A DNA stretch of 64,000 nucleotides from Nostoc sp. DedSLP01 (GTDB taxonomy: Bacteria; Cyanobacteriota; Cyanobacteriia; Cyanobacteriales; Nostocaceae): positions 32,001-96,000 of the forward strand of contig JAVRCJ020000025.1 of NCBI GenBank assembly GCA_034530875.2. The letters run 5' to 3'. The notes below the pieces were generated by a model. The model was not told where the DNA came from and made no database searches. It saw nothing but the letters and a program-made list of their open reading frames with translations. Every line of letters begins with the position of its first letter. The first letter of the stretch is position 1. This document shows positions 38,011 through 48,207 of the stretch, in pieces. The position numbers were made by a program, and so were the translations under genes.

Positions 38011-39915
38011 TTAATTGAGCTTAGGAGCAGATTGTTTTGGTTTGGAAACGCTACGTTGAGAATTTAAAAATGGTGGGATGGGACAGTCTAATGTCATGGC
38101 GATCGCTCTTAATAAATCTGCTTCTTTGGGAGTAACTTTGTTATCTAAGAGTACTGTGTGAGCGCAGGCATCAATAATACCTTGCTTGAGTTTAGGACTA
38201 GCAAGCTGAAGGCGTTCCAGACTTTTCTTAATATCAGAAAAATTGCAAGCAACTGGTGTATCTGGTTTTTCTTGTTCTCCGGCTTTAGGAAGTCGAAAAA
38301 CTCCAGAACGAAAAGCATAAGCGATAGCGTCGGGTTCGGAATGTCCGACGCGTGCGAGTGCGGATATTATTAATATGCTATCCGACCAAATTTGTTCGAT
38401 AGAAGTGAATTCTACCGTTATTACCGACGTAGGATTGATACAAGGTTGGAGACGATGCCATAGTATTAACTGCAACACAAAATCCCACAATGATAAATTA
38501 CCACTGGCTTTAACTAAACCGTGGACGCATTTACAGAGCCTTTGGCATTCCTTGGCAGAATTTTGGCGCAATGCGGGTACTATCAAATCTACAACTGGCA
38601 AACGAATGCTGGGATCTAACTGGTTAATTTCCCGGCTCAATTCCAGAGTTTTTTCTACCAACTCACCAGGCTGCACTTCGCGTAACCAAGCGATTTGACG
38701 TTCTTGGATTGCGATATTTTCTGTATCTAACGCTAGCGCAAAAGCGATCGCCATTGCGCTTTCCTGCTGCCGCACGCTCAAGCGCAAAGATTCTGGCAGC
38801 TGCGACAACAGTGCTTGAGCGTGGGCAAAATGCTCCGGTGCAACGGTTCCCACTTGGTTGACTACCTGTTCTGGTGCGGCGCTGGCACCACCCGCAAACC
38901 CCATTGTCAAGGATTCCTGGGAACCTGTGTAATTGCGAGATGGCATTGGAGGTAAATTGCTGACTTTCACACCTCCAACTCGGCGGATACGTTCTGCTAA
39001 AGGCGGATGGGTAGAAAACAAGCTGTCCCAAAAATAAGGATTGAGCGCATTGCCAAAAAACATGTGACTAGCGGCTTCTGCACCAGGCGCAATCAAACGC
39101 GAATCCATGCGTTGGAGTTTTTGGAACACTCCAGTCAACCCGTCGGGGTTGCGAGTGAACTGTACGGCGGAAGCATCGGCGAGAAATTCTCTTTGGCGAG
39201 AGACGGCGGCTTTAATCAAGCGCCCGCAAAATAAGCCGATACCGCCAATGGCCATTAGTGCTAAACCAAACGCCCACAAAGGCAAACCCTTATCTTCGCG
39301 GGAACCAGCACGAAGCCGCCACAATAACTCGCCAGTTAAATAAATGAATAAAATCCCGTGTAACAGTCCCATCAAACGCAAATTCAGCCGCATATCTCCA
39401 TTGAGAATGTGACTGAATTCATGGCCGATAATTCCTTGGAGTTCATCTCGGTTGAGATTTTGCAAACTCCCGCGGGTAACTCCAATTACTGCATCAGTGG
39501 GGGTAAACCCGGCAGCAAAAGCATTAATGCTGGTTTCTCTGTCAAGGAGATAAACTTCTGGCACAGGAATCCCAGAAGCGATCGCCATTTCCTCGACAAT
39601 ATTTAATAGTTGTTTTCCTTGTTCGTCGGCGGTTTCTGGTAGTAGCAGCCTTCCCCCCAACTCCTGGGCAATTACACTTCCGCCCTCACGCAGACAGGCA
39701 ATTTTATAGAGACTTCCTAAAGCGATCGCAATTATTGTAATTCCAGCGACATAAAGAAATAATCCTGGATGCCACCAAATACGAGGAGCCATACGAAACA
39801 GAAATAAAGTAGCAATGTAAATCGCTACGATTGTGACTGCGATGGATAGAGAAAACAACCCGATTAATTGTTGCGTATTTTGGCGTGCCCGATCCTGATG
39901 TTCAAAGAAATTCAT
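38011..39915 (-). CDS. M48 family (HtpX-like) zinc metalloprotease with a C-terminal extension
   Basis: INAFAAG, HEFSH, SRQREFLAD and STHPP motifs. Confidence 0.92.
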   Translation of the reverse strand: MNFFEHQDRARQNTQQLIGLFSLSIAVTIVAIYIATLFLFRMAPRIWWHPGLFLYVAGITIIAIALGSLYKIACLREGGSVIAQELGGRLLLPETADEQGKQLLNIVEEMAIASGIPVPEVYLLDRETSINAFAAGFTPTDAVIGVTRGSLQNLNRDELQGIIGHEFSHILNGDMRLNLRLMGLLHGILFIYLTGELLWRLRAGSREDKGLPLWAFGLALMAIGGIGLFCGRLIKAAVSRQREFLADASAVQFTRNPDGLTGVFQKLQRMDSRLIAPGAEAASHMFFGNALNPYFWDSLFSTHPPLAERIRRVGGVKVSNLPPMPSRNYTGSQESLTMGFAGGASAAPEQVVNQVGTVAPEHFAHAQALLSQLPESLRLSVRQQESAMAIAFALALDTENIAIQERQIAWLREVQPGELVEKTLELSREINQLDPSIRLPVVDLIVPALRQNSAKECQRLCKCVHGLVKASGNLSLWDFVLQLILWHRLQPCINPTSVITVEFTSIEQIWSDSILIISALARVGHSEPDAIAYAFRSGVFRLPKAGEQEKPDTPVACNFSDIKKSLERLQLASPKLKQGIIDACAHTVLLDNKVTPKEADLLRAIAMTLDCPIPPFLNSQRSVSKPKQSAPKLN

Positions 39916-39921
39916 AAACGC

Positions 39922-40515
39922 TTAAAAAGACACGCGGGGAGCATTTCTTACTTCTGGATTTGCTTCGGGGAGCAATTGTGCAAGAGTAAAATTAAAAGTA
40001 TTTGCTACTAAATTGCTAGGAAAAGATTCAGTCTTAGTGTTATAAAGCGTCACTGCATCATTAAAAGCTTGACGGGCAAACGCAATCCGATTTTCAGTAG
40101 AAGATAGTTCTTCCATTACCTGGCTCATAGTGCGATCGGCTTTCAATTCTGGATAAGATTCTGAAAGTACCATGAACCGACTTAACGCACCCGCTAACGC
40201 TGCTTCTGCATTACCTAATTGCTGCATCGCTTGGGGATCGCCAGGATTTTGTACGGCGCGGCTGTTAGCATTCATCGCAGAATTTCGAGCTGCAATCACA
40301 GCTTCTAAAGTTTCACGCTCATGTTTCATATATCCTTTGGCAGTTTCCACCAAGTTAGGAATCAAATCGTAGCGGCGCTGTAATTGAACATCAATTTGAG
40401 AGTAAGCATTTTTGTAGCGGTTGCGATATTTTACTAAATCGTTGTAGCCATTAATTAGAATGAGAGCAACAGTGGCAACTAAAGCCACTGCAAATATCAA
40501 AACTCCGATAGTCAT
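39922..40515 (-). CDS. lemA: LemA family protein
   Basis: IDVQLQRRYDLIPNLV, YPELKA and ENRIAFARQAFN motifs. Confidence 0.95.
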   Translation of the reverse strand: MTIGVLIFAVALVATVALILINGYNDLVKYRNRYKNAYSQIDVQLQRRYDLIPNLVETAKGYMKHERETLEAVIAARNSAMNANSRAVQNPGDPQAMQQLGNAEAALAGALSRFMVLSESYPELKADRTMSQVMEELSSTENRIAFARQAFNDAVTLYNTKTESFPSNLVANTFNFTLAQLLPEANPEVRNAPRVSF

Positions 40516-40649
40516 AAATTTGAATCCATAAAACTTGCAGAAGAAAGTTGCAACTATTTTGATAAAAAAATCCCAATAGTTGTTATATCCAGTAGAGTTT
40601 TTCTGGATATGACAATGAGTTTACTTGTAATAAGTTAACTTCGTCGTCT

Positions 40650-40663
40650 GTAAAATTAGTTAC
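40650..40663. promoter_or_regulatory. Possible NtcA-type site upstream of lemA
   Basis: GTA-aaattagt-TAC. No -10 box at the canonical 22-nt spacing, so it may be a chance match. Confidence 0.25.
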
Positions 40664-40701
40664 GCAAGTTTACTGAGTACGCGGTAGGGTAGCACAGCTG
40701 T

Positions 40702-40888
40702 TATGGGTGTCAACTTAACGTCAAAGCCTTACCAAGCCATGAGCTTGAGTCCACTAACCATCACTCTTCGCATCACCCCACCCCGGCTTTGCTGACGCAA
40801 AACCTCCCCTCCCCTTGGCAAGGGGAGGGGTTGGGGGTGGGGTAAAACGGTTGTGGAGCAAGAGTTCGAGCTTAAGTTGACACCAATG
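40702..40888. mobile_element. MITE (187 bp) with IS4/IS231-like TIRs and a 9-bp target duplication
   Basis: TIRs tatgggtgtcaacttaa / ttaagttgacaccaatg; CACAGCTGT at 40693-40701 and 40889-40897. Confidence 0.85.
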
Positions 40889-40937
40889 CACAGCTGTGAT
40901 GCCCTACTTCGGCGAAATAATTACAAACCGCTATAAA

Positions 40938-41189
40938 TTACCTATGAATTTGCGTAAATAGCGAATAACCGCTGACAGCAATAATAAAAAGGATAGCAGT
41001 AGAAAAAAATACTACATCCCTAACAAGAAATAAAATCCAATCTTTTCTTAGTTCTTGTTTAAACTTGAGTTCTCGCAGCTTGCGTTCTAATTCTGCGTCT
41101 TCTGGAGACTGTAAGTTTACTATTGATAATACCAGCGGTTTGTTACTTTTAGCGGCAATGATTTTTGATAAATCTTTGACATCTGTCAT
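40938..41189 (-). CDS. Small hypothetical protein with a C-terminal TM helix
   Basis: 83 aa; charged helix then VVFFSTAILFIIAVSGYSLF; starts 5 nt after the upstream gene. Confidence 0.65.
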   Translation of the reverse strand: MTDVKDLSKIIAAKSNKPLVLSIVNLQSPEDAELERKLRELKFKQELRKDWILFLVRDVVFFSTAILFIIAVSGYSLFTQIHR

Positions 41190-41194
41190 GCTGT

Positions 41195-41422
41195 TTAGAT
41201 ACCAATAATTTCAGTTTCTAGGTTTTGGTTTTCATCTGCAATCCAGATATGCTTGCCTTTTTGTTTGGCTTCTACTGCTATTTCTAGAAGTACAAGTGCC
41301 TTTAACAACACCTCAGCATTATCTCCATGAATCTGTTCCGACAAATTGCTTATCGTCTCATAAAATTCTGGCGATAAATCTAAAATTATTTGAATGCGTT
41401 GAGTTTTATATTGTATAGTCAT
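41195..41422 (-). CDS. Small putative ribbon-helix-helix-like DNA-binding protein
   Basis: RIQIILDLSPEFYETISNLS...AEVLLKALVLL beta-alpha-alpha pattern. Confidence 0.65.
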   Translation of the reverse strand: MTIQYKTQRIQIILDLSPEFYETISNLSEQIHGDNAEVLLKALVLLEIAVEAKQKGKHIWIADENQNLETEIIGI

Positions 41423-41445
41423 TTCTAAAATATTTACATAAAATA

Positions 41446-42039
41446 CTACTGTCTAATTCCTTGAATAAACTCCCTTTTAGCCTCAATTATTGAAGGTATT
41501 AAAACACAACGCACTAACAAATTTATATCTAATTCTGGCAGTAGCTTACTTTGAAAAATTTGCTCGTAATTATCATTATTAAGATAATATAAAGCTAATT
41601 GATTATTTTCCCAAAACCAAACTTCAGTAATTTTAAACCGCTTGTACTTTTCTAATTTATCTATGCTGCCACTGGTAATATTTATTTCAATTGCTAAATC
41701 AGGATTTTCTTTCTTTTGCTCTATATAATAAGATTCATCAGGTTCAAACGAAGTACCTTTTTCTTTTCCTCGACGGGTAGCGCTACCTACAGGAAAAAAA
41801 TTGATGTCTTTTTCAAAGAAGTAAAGCGCTAGTAATATTGCAATTACACTTTTAATAGCTTCGTGTTGTTCGCCAAGAGTCATAAATTCTACACACCCAT
41901 CAAGATAAGTTATCCGTAAACCTGGCGCATCTGCTGTTAAAGCCTCAAGTTTCTCAAATTCTTCCCAAGTGTAATGGCCAGGTAAGAGAAACCGCTGTTC
42001 TTCGAGGGTGGTAAATTTATCTAAAATTTGTGAATTCAT
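41446..42039 (-). CDS. Uma2 (DUF820) family endonuclease-like protein
   Basis: TWEEF, EPDESY, PDLAIEI and EVWFW motifs. Confidence 0.92.
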   Translation of the reverse strand: MNSQILDKFTTLEEQRFLLPGHYTWEEFEKLEALTADAPGLRITYLDGCVEFMTLGEQHEAIKSVIAILLALYFFEKDINFFPVGSATRRGKEKGTSFEPDESYYIEQKKENPDLAIEINITSGSIDKLEKYKRFKITEVWFWENNQLALYYLNNDNYEQIFQSKLLPELDINLLVRCVLIPSIIEAKREFIQGIRQ

Positions 42040-42086
42040 ATATATATAAGCATGATTATTGAATAAATAGTTCAGAAGCTATAATT

Positions 42087-42121
42087 GCATAGACGCAAAG
42101 CGGCTTGTCGTCAGACATCGC
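42087..42121. repeat. 27-nt element apparently inserted in a HIP1-like site
   Basis: GCA[TAGACGCAAAGCGGCTTGTCGTCAGAC]ATCGC. Confidence 0.55.
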
Positions 42122-42394
42122 TGACAGTAGCACTTGAATATATTTCATAAATAAATTCTTATAGGATACATGTATTTTCTCAGGTGAATATCTTAAGTAT
42201 ATTATAGTTGGCTGAGGCTAGAAAATTGATAATGATTATGCAAAAATCTCTCTTTTAGAAAGAGAAAGGTAAAATTCCAACTATCAAACTCACCTTATTT
42301 ACAGCAGATTTCAAAAAAGTAAAGCGCATAAAGATTTGTTCCAAAACCAGGTATAAATCCTCTTTTATTTCTGAAGTCTGCTGCAAAATATCTT

Positions 42395-43882
42395 TTACAA
42401 CAAGCCTTTACCTCGTTGATAAATTTCCCTTGCATAATCAGTCCAAGCACCTTGTCCCCAATAACGAAAACAACTAGTTTGTAGTAAAAGGTTATCGAGG
42501 AGCAAGTTACGGTATTCAGATTGTCTGGTAACAGCTTCTACTGAAATATTTTGCTGTAATGCATCAAATTTCTCATGAAATCCACTGCTTAATTCATACA
42601 TAGGAGACAAGACATTTTCATATCCTTTTACCCAACTAATATGATTTGTCCACGAGGCTCCATCAATGTGAAAATTAGAGTTGGTTTGTTGTAATTCTTG
42701 AATGACATTCTCTACAATCTCAGGTTGACAATTCTCTGGTGAAACTCGCTCCCAAATATAATGTTGTCCGACTGGCTGGCAAGTTGGATAATCTTCAGGT
42801 TTGCATCCAGCAGCTTCTATTAATTCTAGATATTCTGTACCGCACATTCCAACAACACCTGATTTTCCTCCACCATTATTGACCATATCCCACCAAGCTT
42901 GTTTGAAAGCGCTAGGAAATTCATTCATCATCACGCCGCCATTTTCACCATCTCCAATTTGACTAACTATTGGTGGCACAAACAGACTTCCTAGTTGTTG
43001 TTTAGATAAGGTTTTCGCTTCGTAATAAGGTTGCATTTGAGCAACTAATTTAGTATCTGAACCTTGAGTTTTAATTAAAGCTGTGATGCTAATTGTCTCG
43101 CCTTGAGAATTGCGAGCAATTAAACGGTGCGGCAAATGTTTATGAGTAAGAGATTGACCGCTAATTGTTTCTACAGAATGTTCTTGAACTAGTAGCCAGC
43201 GATATCCACATTCTTTCAGCGCTTTTACAAATTCAAACAGCACATCAGGGTGATTTGGTAGATGCATTTCTGGAGGTGAAAATCCTTTAACTCTTGCTAA
43301 TGCTTCCCAACCAAAAATTGCTGCAAAGTGATGTTGCCACGCAATTATATGTAATTTAATGTCTGCTATGGGAGTGGAAGGAATAACAGCATGGCTCCAC
43401 ATTGTACCGAGCCATTCTACATAAGGTTGATAGGTAGAATCGCAAGTAATACGTTTCAAGTTATCAAGAATATCATGGCGTCCCATTTGTCTGAGTCCCC
43501 ACAAAAGATTACCTGAGTAATCCAACATCACGCGGGGATTACAACCTTGATTTACAAGTTCGGGAATGAAATCTCCCATACGGCTGTAACAATAAGCAAA
43601 AGGCCCTGCATTATGGTTATCGCCTTCATTGGGATGTTCAAACATGTATTGCAGATTGCTGATGAACGTACCACCATATCCAGCAGGGATTGTCGGTTGG
43701 TGCATGTGTAAGGCGATCGCAAATACAGCATTTACGTCATCTAACTTGATATTCGTCGTTGGTAAAAATACAGGTGCATCATGGTTAACTACAGAGAGAA
43801 CTTCTGTTTCCCAACCAGAAATATTCGGCAAGCCATCAATGATTTCGGGCAAAGAAGAGAGATTAGTAGATAGTGAAAGCAT
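42395..43882 (-). CDS. Glycoside hydrolase family 57-like protein (start probably MLSLST)
   Basis: ALHMHQP, FSPPEM and IGDGEN GH57-type motifs. Confidence 0.85.
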   Translation of the reverse strand: MLSLSTNLSSLPEIIDGLPNISGWETEVLSVVNHDAPVFLPTTNIKLDDVNAVFAIALHMHQPTIPAGYGGTFISNLQYMFEHPNEGDNHNAGPFAYCYSRMGDFIPELVNQGCNPRVMLDYSGNLLWGLRQMGRHDILDNLKRITCDSTYQPYVEWLGTMWSHAVIPSTPIADIKLHIIAWQHHFAAIFGWEALARVKGFSPPEMHLPNHPDVLFEFVKALKECGYRWLLVQEHSVETISGQSLTHKHLPHRLIARNSQGETISITALIKTQGSDTKLVAQMQPYYEAKTLSKQQLGSLFVPPIVSQIGDGENGGVMMNEFPSAFKQAWWDMVNNGGGKSGVVGMCGTEYLELIEAAGCKPEDYPTCQPVGQHYIWERVSPENCQPEIVENVIQELQQTNSNFHIDGASWTNHISWVKGYENVLSPMYELSSGFHEKFDALQQNISVEAVTRQSEYRNLLLDNLLLQTSCFRYWGQGAWTDYAREIYQRGKGLL

Positions 43883-44219
43883 TTCTGGTTGCTCCGAAAC
43901 AAGGTATGTCTCATTATGCGATCGCACAGCAATTTATCGACTGCAACTTTATCTATTGATGCAAACTGCAACTTGTAAACCCTAAAGCTGATAATTTACA
44001 ATCCTTGTAGCAAGGGAACAGAGAACTAAAACAGGAGAGAGAAAAAACAGGCTTGTCCGAACTGCATTGACTGATAAAAAATAAGCGATCGCTTTTTGGC
44101 GCTAATACCTGGGCTAAATTATCACTCTATAACGGACGATGCAATTTTTTAGCCTAACTCTGGTTCTACGTGGAAATATAAACTTAGTGGCTGATTTCTA
44201 AAAACTCTTGTAACCGCTG

Positions 44220-45038
44220 TTAGATTTTAGCTAAAAAACTCAGTTTTTCTTGACGCTGTTGCCTTGTTGGTGCTGCTGGAGTTGCTATTTGTAAAATCAG
44301 TTCTAGCAACCAAGGGGCAAGGCGTTGACACCACACAGCTAAATAACTTTGCCATCCCACTAAAATTTCTGGTGAATCATTTTGCATTCCAGTGACGAGT
44401 GCTTTAGCTACTTGTTCCGGAGTCATAGGGATTACCCAGCGAAATAATTTGAAGTCGCGCACCATATCTGTGTCTGTCAGGGAAGGTAGTAATGCGATCG
44501 CTCGGATATTGTATTGCGCGAGTTCCCGACGCAAAGCTTGGGTAAATCCCAAGATGGCAAATTTGGTGGCGGAGTAAGTCGCCATTGTCGGTGCTGCAAT
44601 TTTCCCCATCAGACTCGATACATTGACGATTGTCCCTTGCCTTTGGCTGGCCATGCGCCTAGCTATCAAACTTGTGAGGTTGTACATTCCTAATAAGTTT
44701 ACAGAAAGTTCTTCTTGAACTTGCGGCAGTTTACATTGCAAAAATGAGCTTTGATAGGCGACTCCCGCACAATTAACCAGTAGATGAATCGGGCCATAGT
44801 TGCGCCAAACTTGGGCAATGGCAACATTCACCTCAATTACCTGAGTCAAATCTAAGGCAACGATCGCAGTCTCAACACCCATCGCCTCAATTTCCTCGGC
44901 CACCTCGACTAACTTCTGGCGATCGCGCGCTACCAATATCAGCCGCTTGATGCCTTGTTGGGCTAATTCCAGAGCGATCGCCCTGCCAATACCACGCGAA
45001 GCCCCTGTAATTAGGGCTACTTTACCTTGAATCTCCAT
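44220..45038 (-). CDS. Short-chain dehydrogenase/reductase
   Basis: TGASRGIG, VNCAG and YSATK motifs. Confidence 0.93.
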   Translation of the reverse strand: MEIQGKVALITGASRGIGRAIALELAQQGIKRLILVARDRQKLVEVAEEIEAMGVETAIVALDLTQVIEVNVAIAQVWRNYGPIHLLVNCAGVAYQSSFLQCKLPQVQEELSVNLLGMYNLTSLIARRMASQRQGTIVNVSSLMGKIAAPTMATYSATKFAILGFTQALRRELAQYNIRAIALLPSLTDTDMVRDFKLFRWVIPMTPEQVAKALVTGMQNDSPEILVGWQSYLAVWCQRLAPWLLELILQIATPAAPTRQQRQEKLSFLAKI

Positions 45039-45064
45039 TAGTTTTATCCTCCAAAATCTAACTT

Positions 45065-45195
45065 AGTATTGGGGATTGGGCATAGAAATTGCTTTTAGCG
45101 GAAGCAGGGCGATGAGCCGCGTACTGACTTAGGAGTTAAAAGTTATTCTCCCCCGGCCTCCCCTGCTCCTCTCCTATTCCCCAGTCCCCAATCAC
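45065..45195. repeat. Degenerate inverted STRR array
   Basis: ggggattgggcat ... ccccagtccccaat. Confidence 0.6.
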
Positions 45196-45558
45196 TTATT
45201 TCTTGGTTAATCTGCAATGCCTCGTATTTGTCTATAGGAGGTAAAAGTTCTCGTTTTTTACTTGTTAATTACTAACAGACTTGGCTGAATCGATATAGCT
45301 CATAAACTTTACTTCTCCTCGATCCTAGCGTTCATCAGCATTGTTGACATACACACGTTAGCAATTAAATCAAGCTGTAGCAATATTTTTTCATCAGAAT
45401 TTCTTAATACTTGTTCACACAAGTATATATATACAAAAGATTTAATTGGATAAGTTTTTATGAATACCTAAGTACAAATGTCTCAAAACCCTGACAATTA
45501 ATTTCTATTTTCAAAAATTGTCATACCTAAGTCACAGTTTAGAAATCAAAAAGACGTA

Positions 45559-45649
45559 TATAGCAATCCTATTGATTTGTAAGAATTTCCAGCCGAAGAT
45601 ACGCGATTTATCAAACTTGTTTCTCAGAGATTATTTAAGATTTGGATAT
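45559..45649. mobile_element. Degenerate copy of the TA-flanked MITE at 55848
   Basis: tatagcaatcctattgatttgtaagaatt ... cttgtttctca...atttaagatt; central palindrome partly deleted. Confidence 0.55.
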
Positions 45650-46108
45650 CATTTTTCTTATAGTTGCAATAAGTAGATTTGATATCATTTTGGGTAATGC
45701 TATCAGTATATTTACTGCTTTTGTTCAGTAAAAGCTTGTGGTTATTATTTTTTTTGATAGTAGAAAAGCTGGATTTTTATCTAAAATACAGATTACAAAA
45801 GTATATTTTTTTACTAAAACCTTAGTAAAAATCGTTAGTTGTTTGGCTTTAGCTTTGAGATTCTCAAGTAAATTCTTGAGATTGAGCTTATTTAAGGCAA
45901 TCCTTTACTTTTGGTAAATAAAAATATTAGCTGCTTTTTCCAAAAGCCAGAGAGCTGAGCAAGACATTCATATAATACATAATTACTAATACTCTTTAAA
46001 CGATTTTTTAAGTATATATGCTTAATAGAATAAGAGTATTGTTATACTATTTCACCGAAATTCTCGATAGAAATCGCTGTTCTTGCTTCCCCTGCCCCCT
46101 CTGCCCCT

Positions 46109-47815
46109 CTACTCCCTCTGCTTCCCTTGCTCTTGAGAAGTGGGAAGTTGAGGATTTGATGGTCGGAATGACTGGGAAATTGTCCCATTCCAGATTTGAT
46201 TAAATTGCTCTGGTGTCAAGGATTGCAAAAGACTGAGATTGAAAGGCTCTTTACTAATAAATGTGGCGTAAGATGGCTGTAAATAGGAACGGTATTCAGG
46301 GCGGTTGAGGAGATGAGTTTCCACAAAAGCTACACTGAGGGCATTGAGATAGGAATAAACAGGAGCAGGATTAGGGCCTAATAAAGCAGGCGGCACGGGT
46401 AGTACATTATTCTCAGGAGTAGGTTCGGCGGTTGCTGAAAAGTGGGTGGCGTTTTCGATCAAAGCGAGGTATTTATTGGAGTCAGAAAGCCAGATAAAAG
46501 GAAGAATCTGTTCTGATACAGGTGGCGCGAAAATATCTTGGCTACCAGCTACCAACATTACCGGAATTTTAATTTGACTGATGCCGGCTTCGCCCAAAAC
46601 TGAACTGTCAATGGGATTAATAGCAATGGCTGCCTTGATGCGATCGTCTTTGAGCTGATAATTTTTTGGCGATAACTCAGCAGCTTGACACTGTAACAAC
46701 AGCGACAAATTAAAAAACGAATTGTTAGGATTGCAGTCTTGGTAGAGTTGCCTAAAGTTAATCGTTGCTCCTGCCAGAGTTAAAACAGTATAACCACCAA
46801 AAGATTGACCGATCGCTGCAATTTGCTGAAAATTCAGTTTTCCTTGCAGGGAGGCATCGGATTTGTCCAAACGTTCGAGTTCATTGAGTAAATACTTGAT
46901 ATCCAAAGGTCGGTTAATAAATTCCGATGGTTCTGGCGGCCCGGCCAAACCTGCAAAATATAGCTGAAAGCGTTCGGCATTACTACCAGGGTGTTCTAGT
47001 ACCGCAACCGCAAAACCATAAGATGTGAGATGTTGAGCTAGATAAGCAAAGGTAGTGCGATCGGAGGCGATACCATGAGAAATTACGATTAAGGGATAGG
47101 GTGGTTTTGCTTGGCTTTGTGAATTGACTTGAGGTAAATATATATCTACTGGGAGACGACGGTTTCGAGAAACATCATTAAGTTCCAAGGTTCTTTTCTG
47201 CCAAAGGAATTTTCCGGGCGATCGCAAATCTGGTTGTTGTGAGAAATCAACCTTTGAATTGGCTGCGGCGGCGGTCGCTTGTTGTTGCAAATAAGCTATA
47301 ACTTCATCCTTTCTTTCCAACAGTTGTGACAAATTATCGACTATCCTTAGCCCCTCAGAAAAATTCAGCCTGATAGTATCGCTGGGAAATCTCCGCAGTA
47401 AATTCACGACGGTCAAGCCATCTTTATCTGCGGCAGATATAATCAAAGCCGCACGTATGGCATAAAAACCATTTTGTCGAGACTCAGTAAGGAGTAATTC
47501 TCCCAGACGTTGTATCACCTCTTCACCTATAGGCGAATAGGTAACCTGAGATACCAGCGTGGGGCTAATCTGAAAGCGCTGCTGGAGTAGAGTCCGCAAT
47601 TGGGCGAGTTGTTCGGGAGTGGCGCGACTGGCATAAAAGGAAAAGTCTTCGTCAATTTTGCCTTCTTTGGCAAAAGTTTCCAGCGAGTTCACAGATAAAG
47701 AGAATTCGCCGAAGGGAGGGTAATAAAAGCTAATGCGATCGGCTGCCAATCCGGGAGTAGCAGTCAAAAACGTAGATACAAAACCTAAACCCAGATATCG
47801 CCAAAATTTTTTCAT
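46109..47815 (-). CDS. DUF1400 + alpha/beta hydrolase, exported
   Basis: Signal peptide, ISHG, GQSFGG nucleophile elbow and ATHFS. Confidence 0.88.
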   Translation of the reverse strand: MKKFWRYLGLGFVSTFLTATPGLAADRISFYYPPFGEFSLSVNSLETFAKEGKIDEDFSFYASRATPEQLAQLRTLLQQRFQISPTLVSQVTYSPIGEEVIQRLGELLLTESRQNGFYAIRAALIISAADKDGLTVVNLLRRFPSDTIRLNFSEGLRIVDNLSQLLERKDEVIAYLQQQATAAAANSKVDFSQQPDLRSPGKFLWQKRTLELNDVSRNRRLPVDIYLPQVNSQSQAKPPYPLIVISHGIASDRTTFAYLAQHLTSYGFAVAVLEHPGSNAERFQLYFAGLAGPPEPSEFINRPLDIKYLLNELERLDKSDASLQGKLNFQQIAAIGQSFGGYTVLTLAGATINFRQLYQDCNPNNSFFNLSLLLQCQAAELSPKNYQLKDDRIKAAIAINPIDSSVLGEAGISQIKIPVMLVAGSQDIFAPPVSEQILPFIWLSDSNKYLALIENATHFSATAEPTPENNVLPVPPALLGPNPAPVYSYLNALSVAFVETHLLNRPEYRSYLQPSYATFISKEPFNLSLLQSLTPEQFNQIWNGTISQSFRPSNPQLPTSQEQGKQRE

Positions 47816-47854
47816 GAGAAAAACCTATTGTCTAACCCTGCCAAACAATTATTG

Positions 47855-47885
47855 TAGGGATGCACAGCTAACCGTGCATCCCTAC
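47855..47885. repeat. GTAGGG..CCCTAC palindromic dispersed repeat
   Basis: gtagggatgcac-agctaacc-gtgcatccctac. Confidence 0.8.
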
Positions 47886-47991
47886 AATAATCTGTATTCT
47901 ACCCAGTTAAAATCGCTGTAAAGTAGTAAATTTTTTAGCCAAACAGCATTTAATAGAGCGATAATAGATTATAGAGATTGAGATACTTTAT

Positions 47992-48186
47992 ATGTCTTTC
48001 CCTTCTTGTTCCTCTTGTGTTGTCATCCTCAATCAACAACAGGAGCAAAATATTTCTCACCAAAAACAGTGTCAGGATGTGCCAGTTAAGCACAGCACAA
48101 ATACTGCTGAAAATTGTACTGTAGTTGAAAATGGTCGGGTTGTGGTTAAGCCCTCACAACCACCAGTTAATGAGACTTCCGAGTAA
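47992..48186 (+). CDS. Possible small hypothetical protein (4 Cys, N-terminal CxxC)
   Basis: 64-aa ATG ORF filling an intergenic gap; no recognised family. Confidence 0.35.
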   Translation: MSFPSCSSCVVILNQQQEQNISHQKQCQDVPVKHSTNTAENCTVVENGRVVVKPSQPPVNETSE

Positions 48187-48207
48187 AAAGTCAAAAGAGT
48201 GCTACTT

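Noticed and set aside
44220..45038. SDR as HetN
   Set aside because: The position where HetN carries RGSGR reads SQRQGT here, so it is called a generic SDR.
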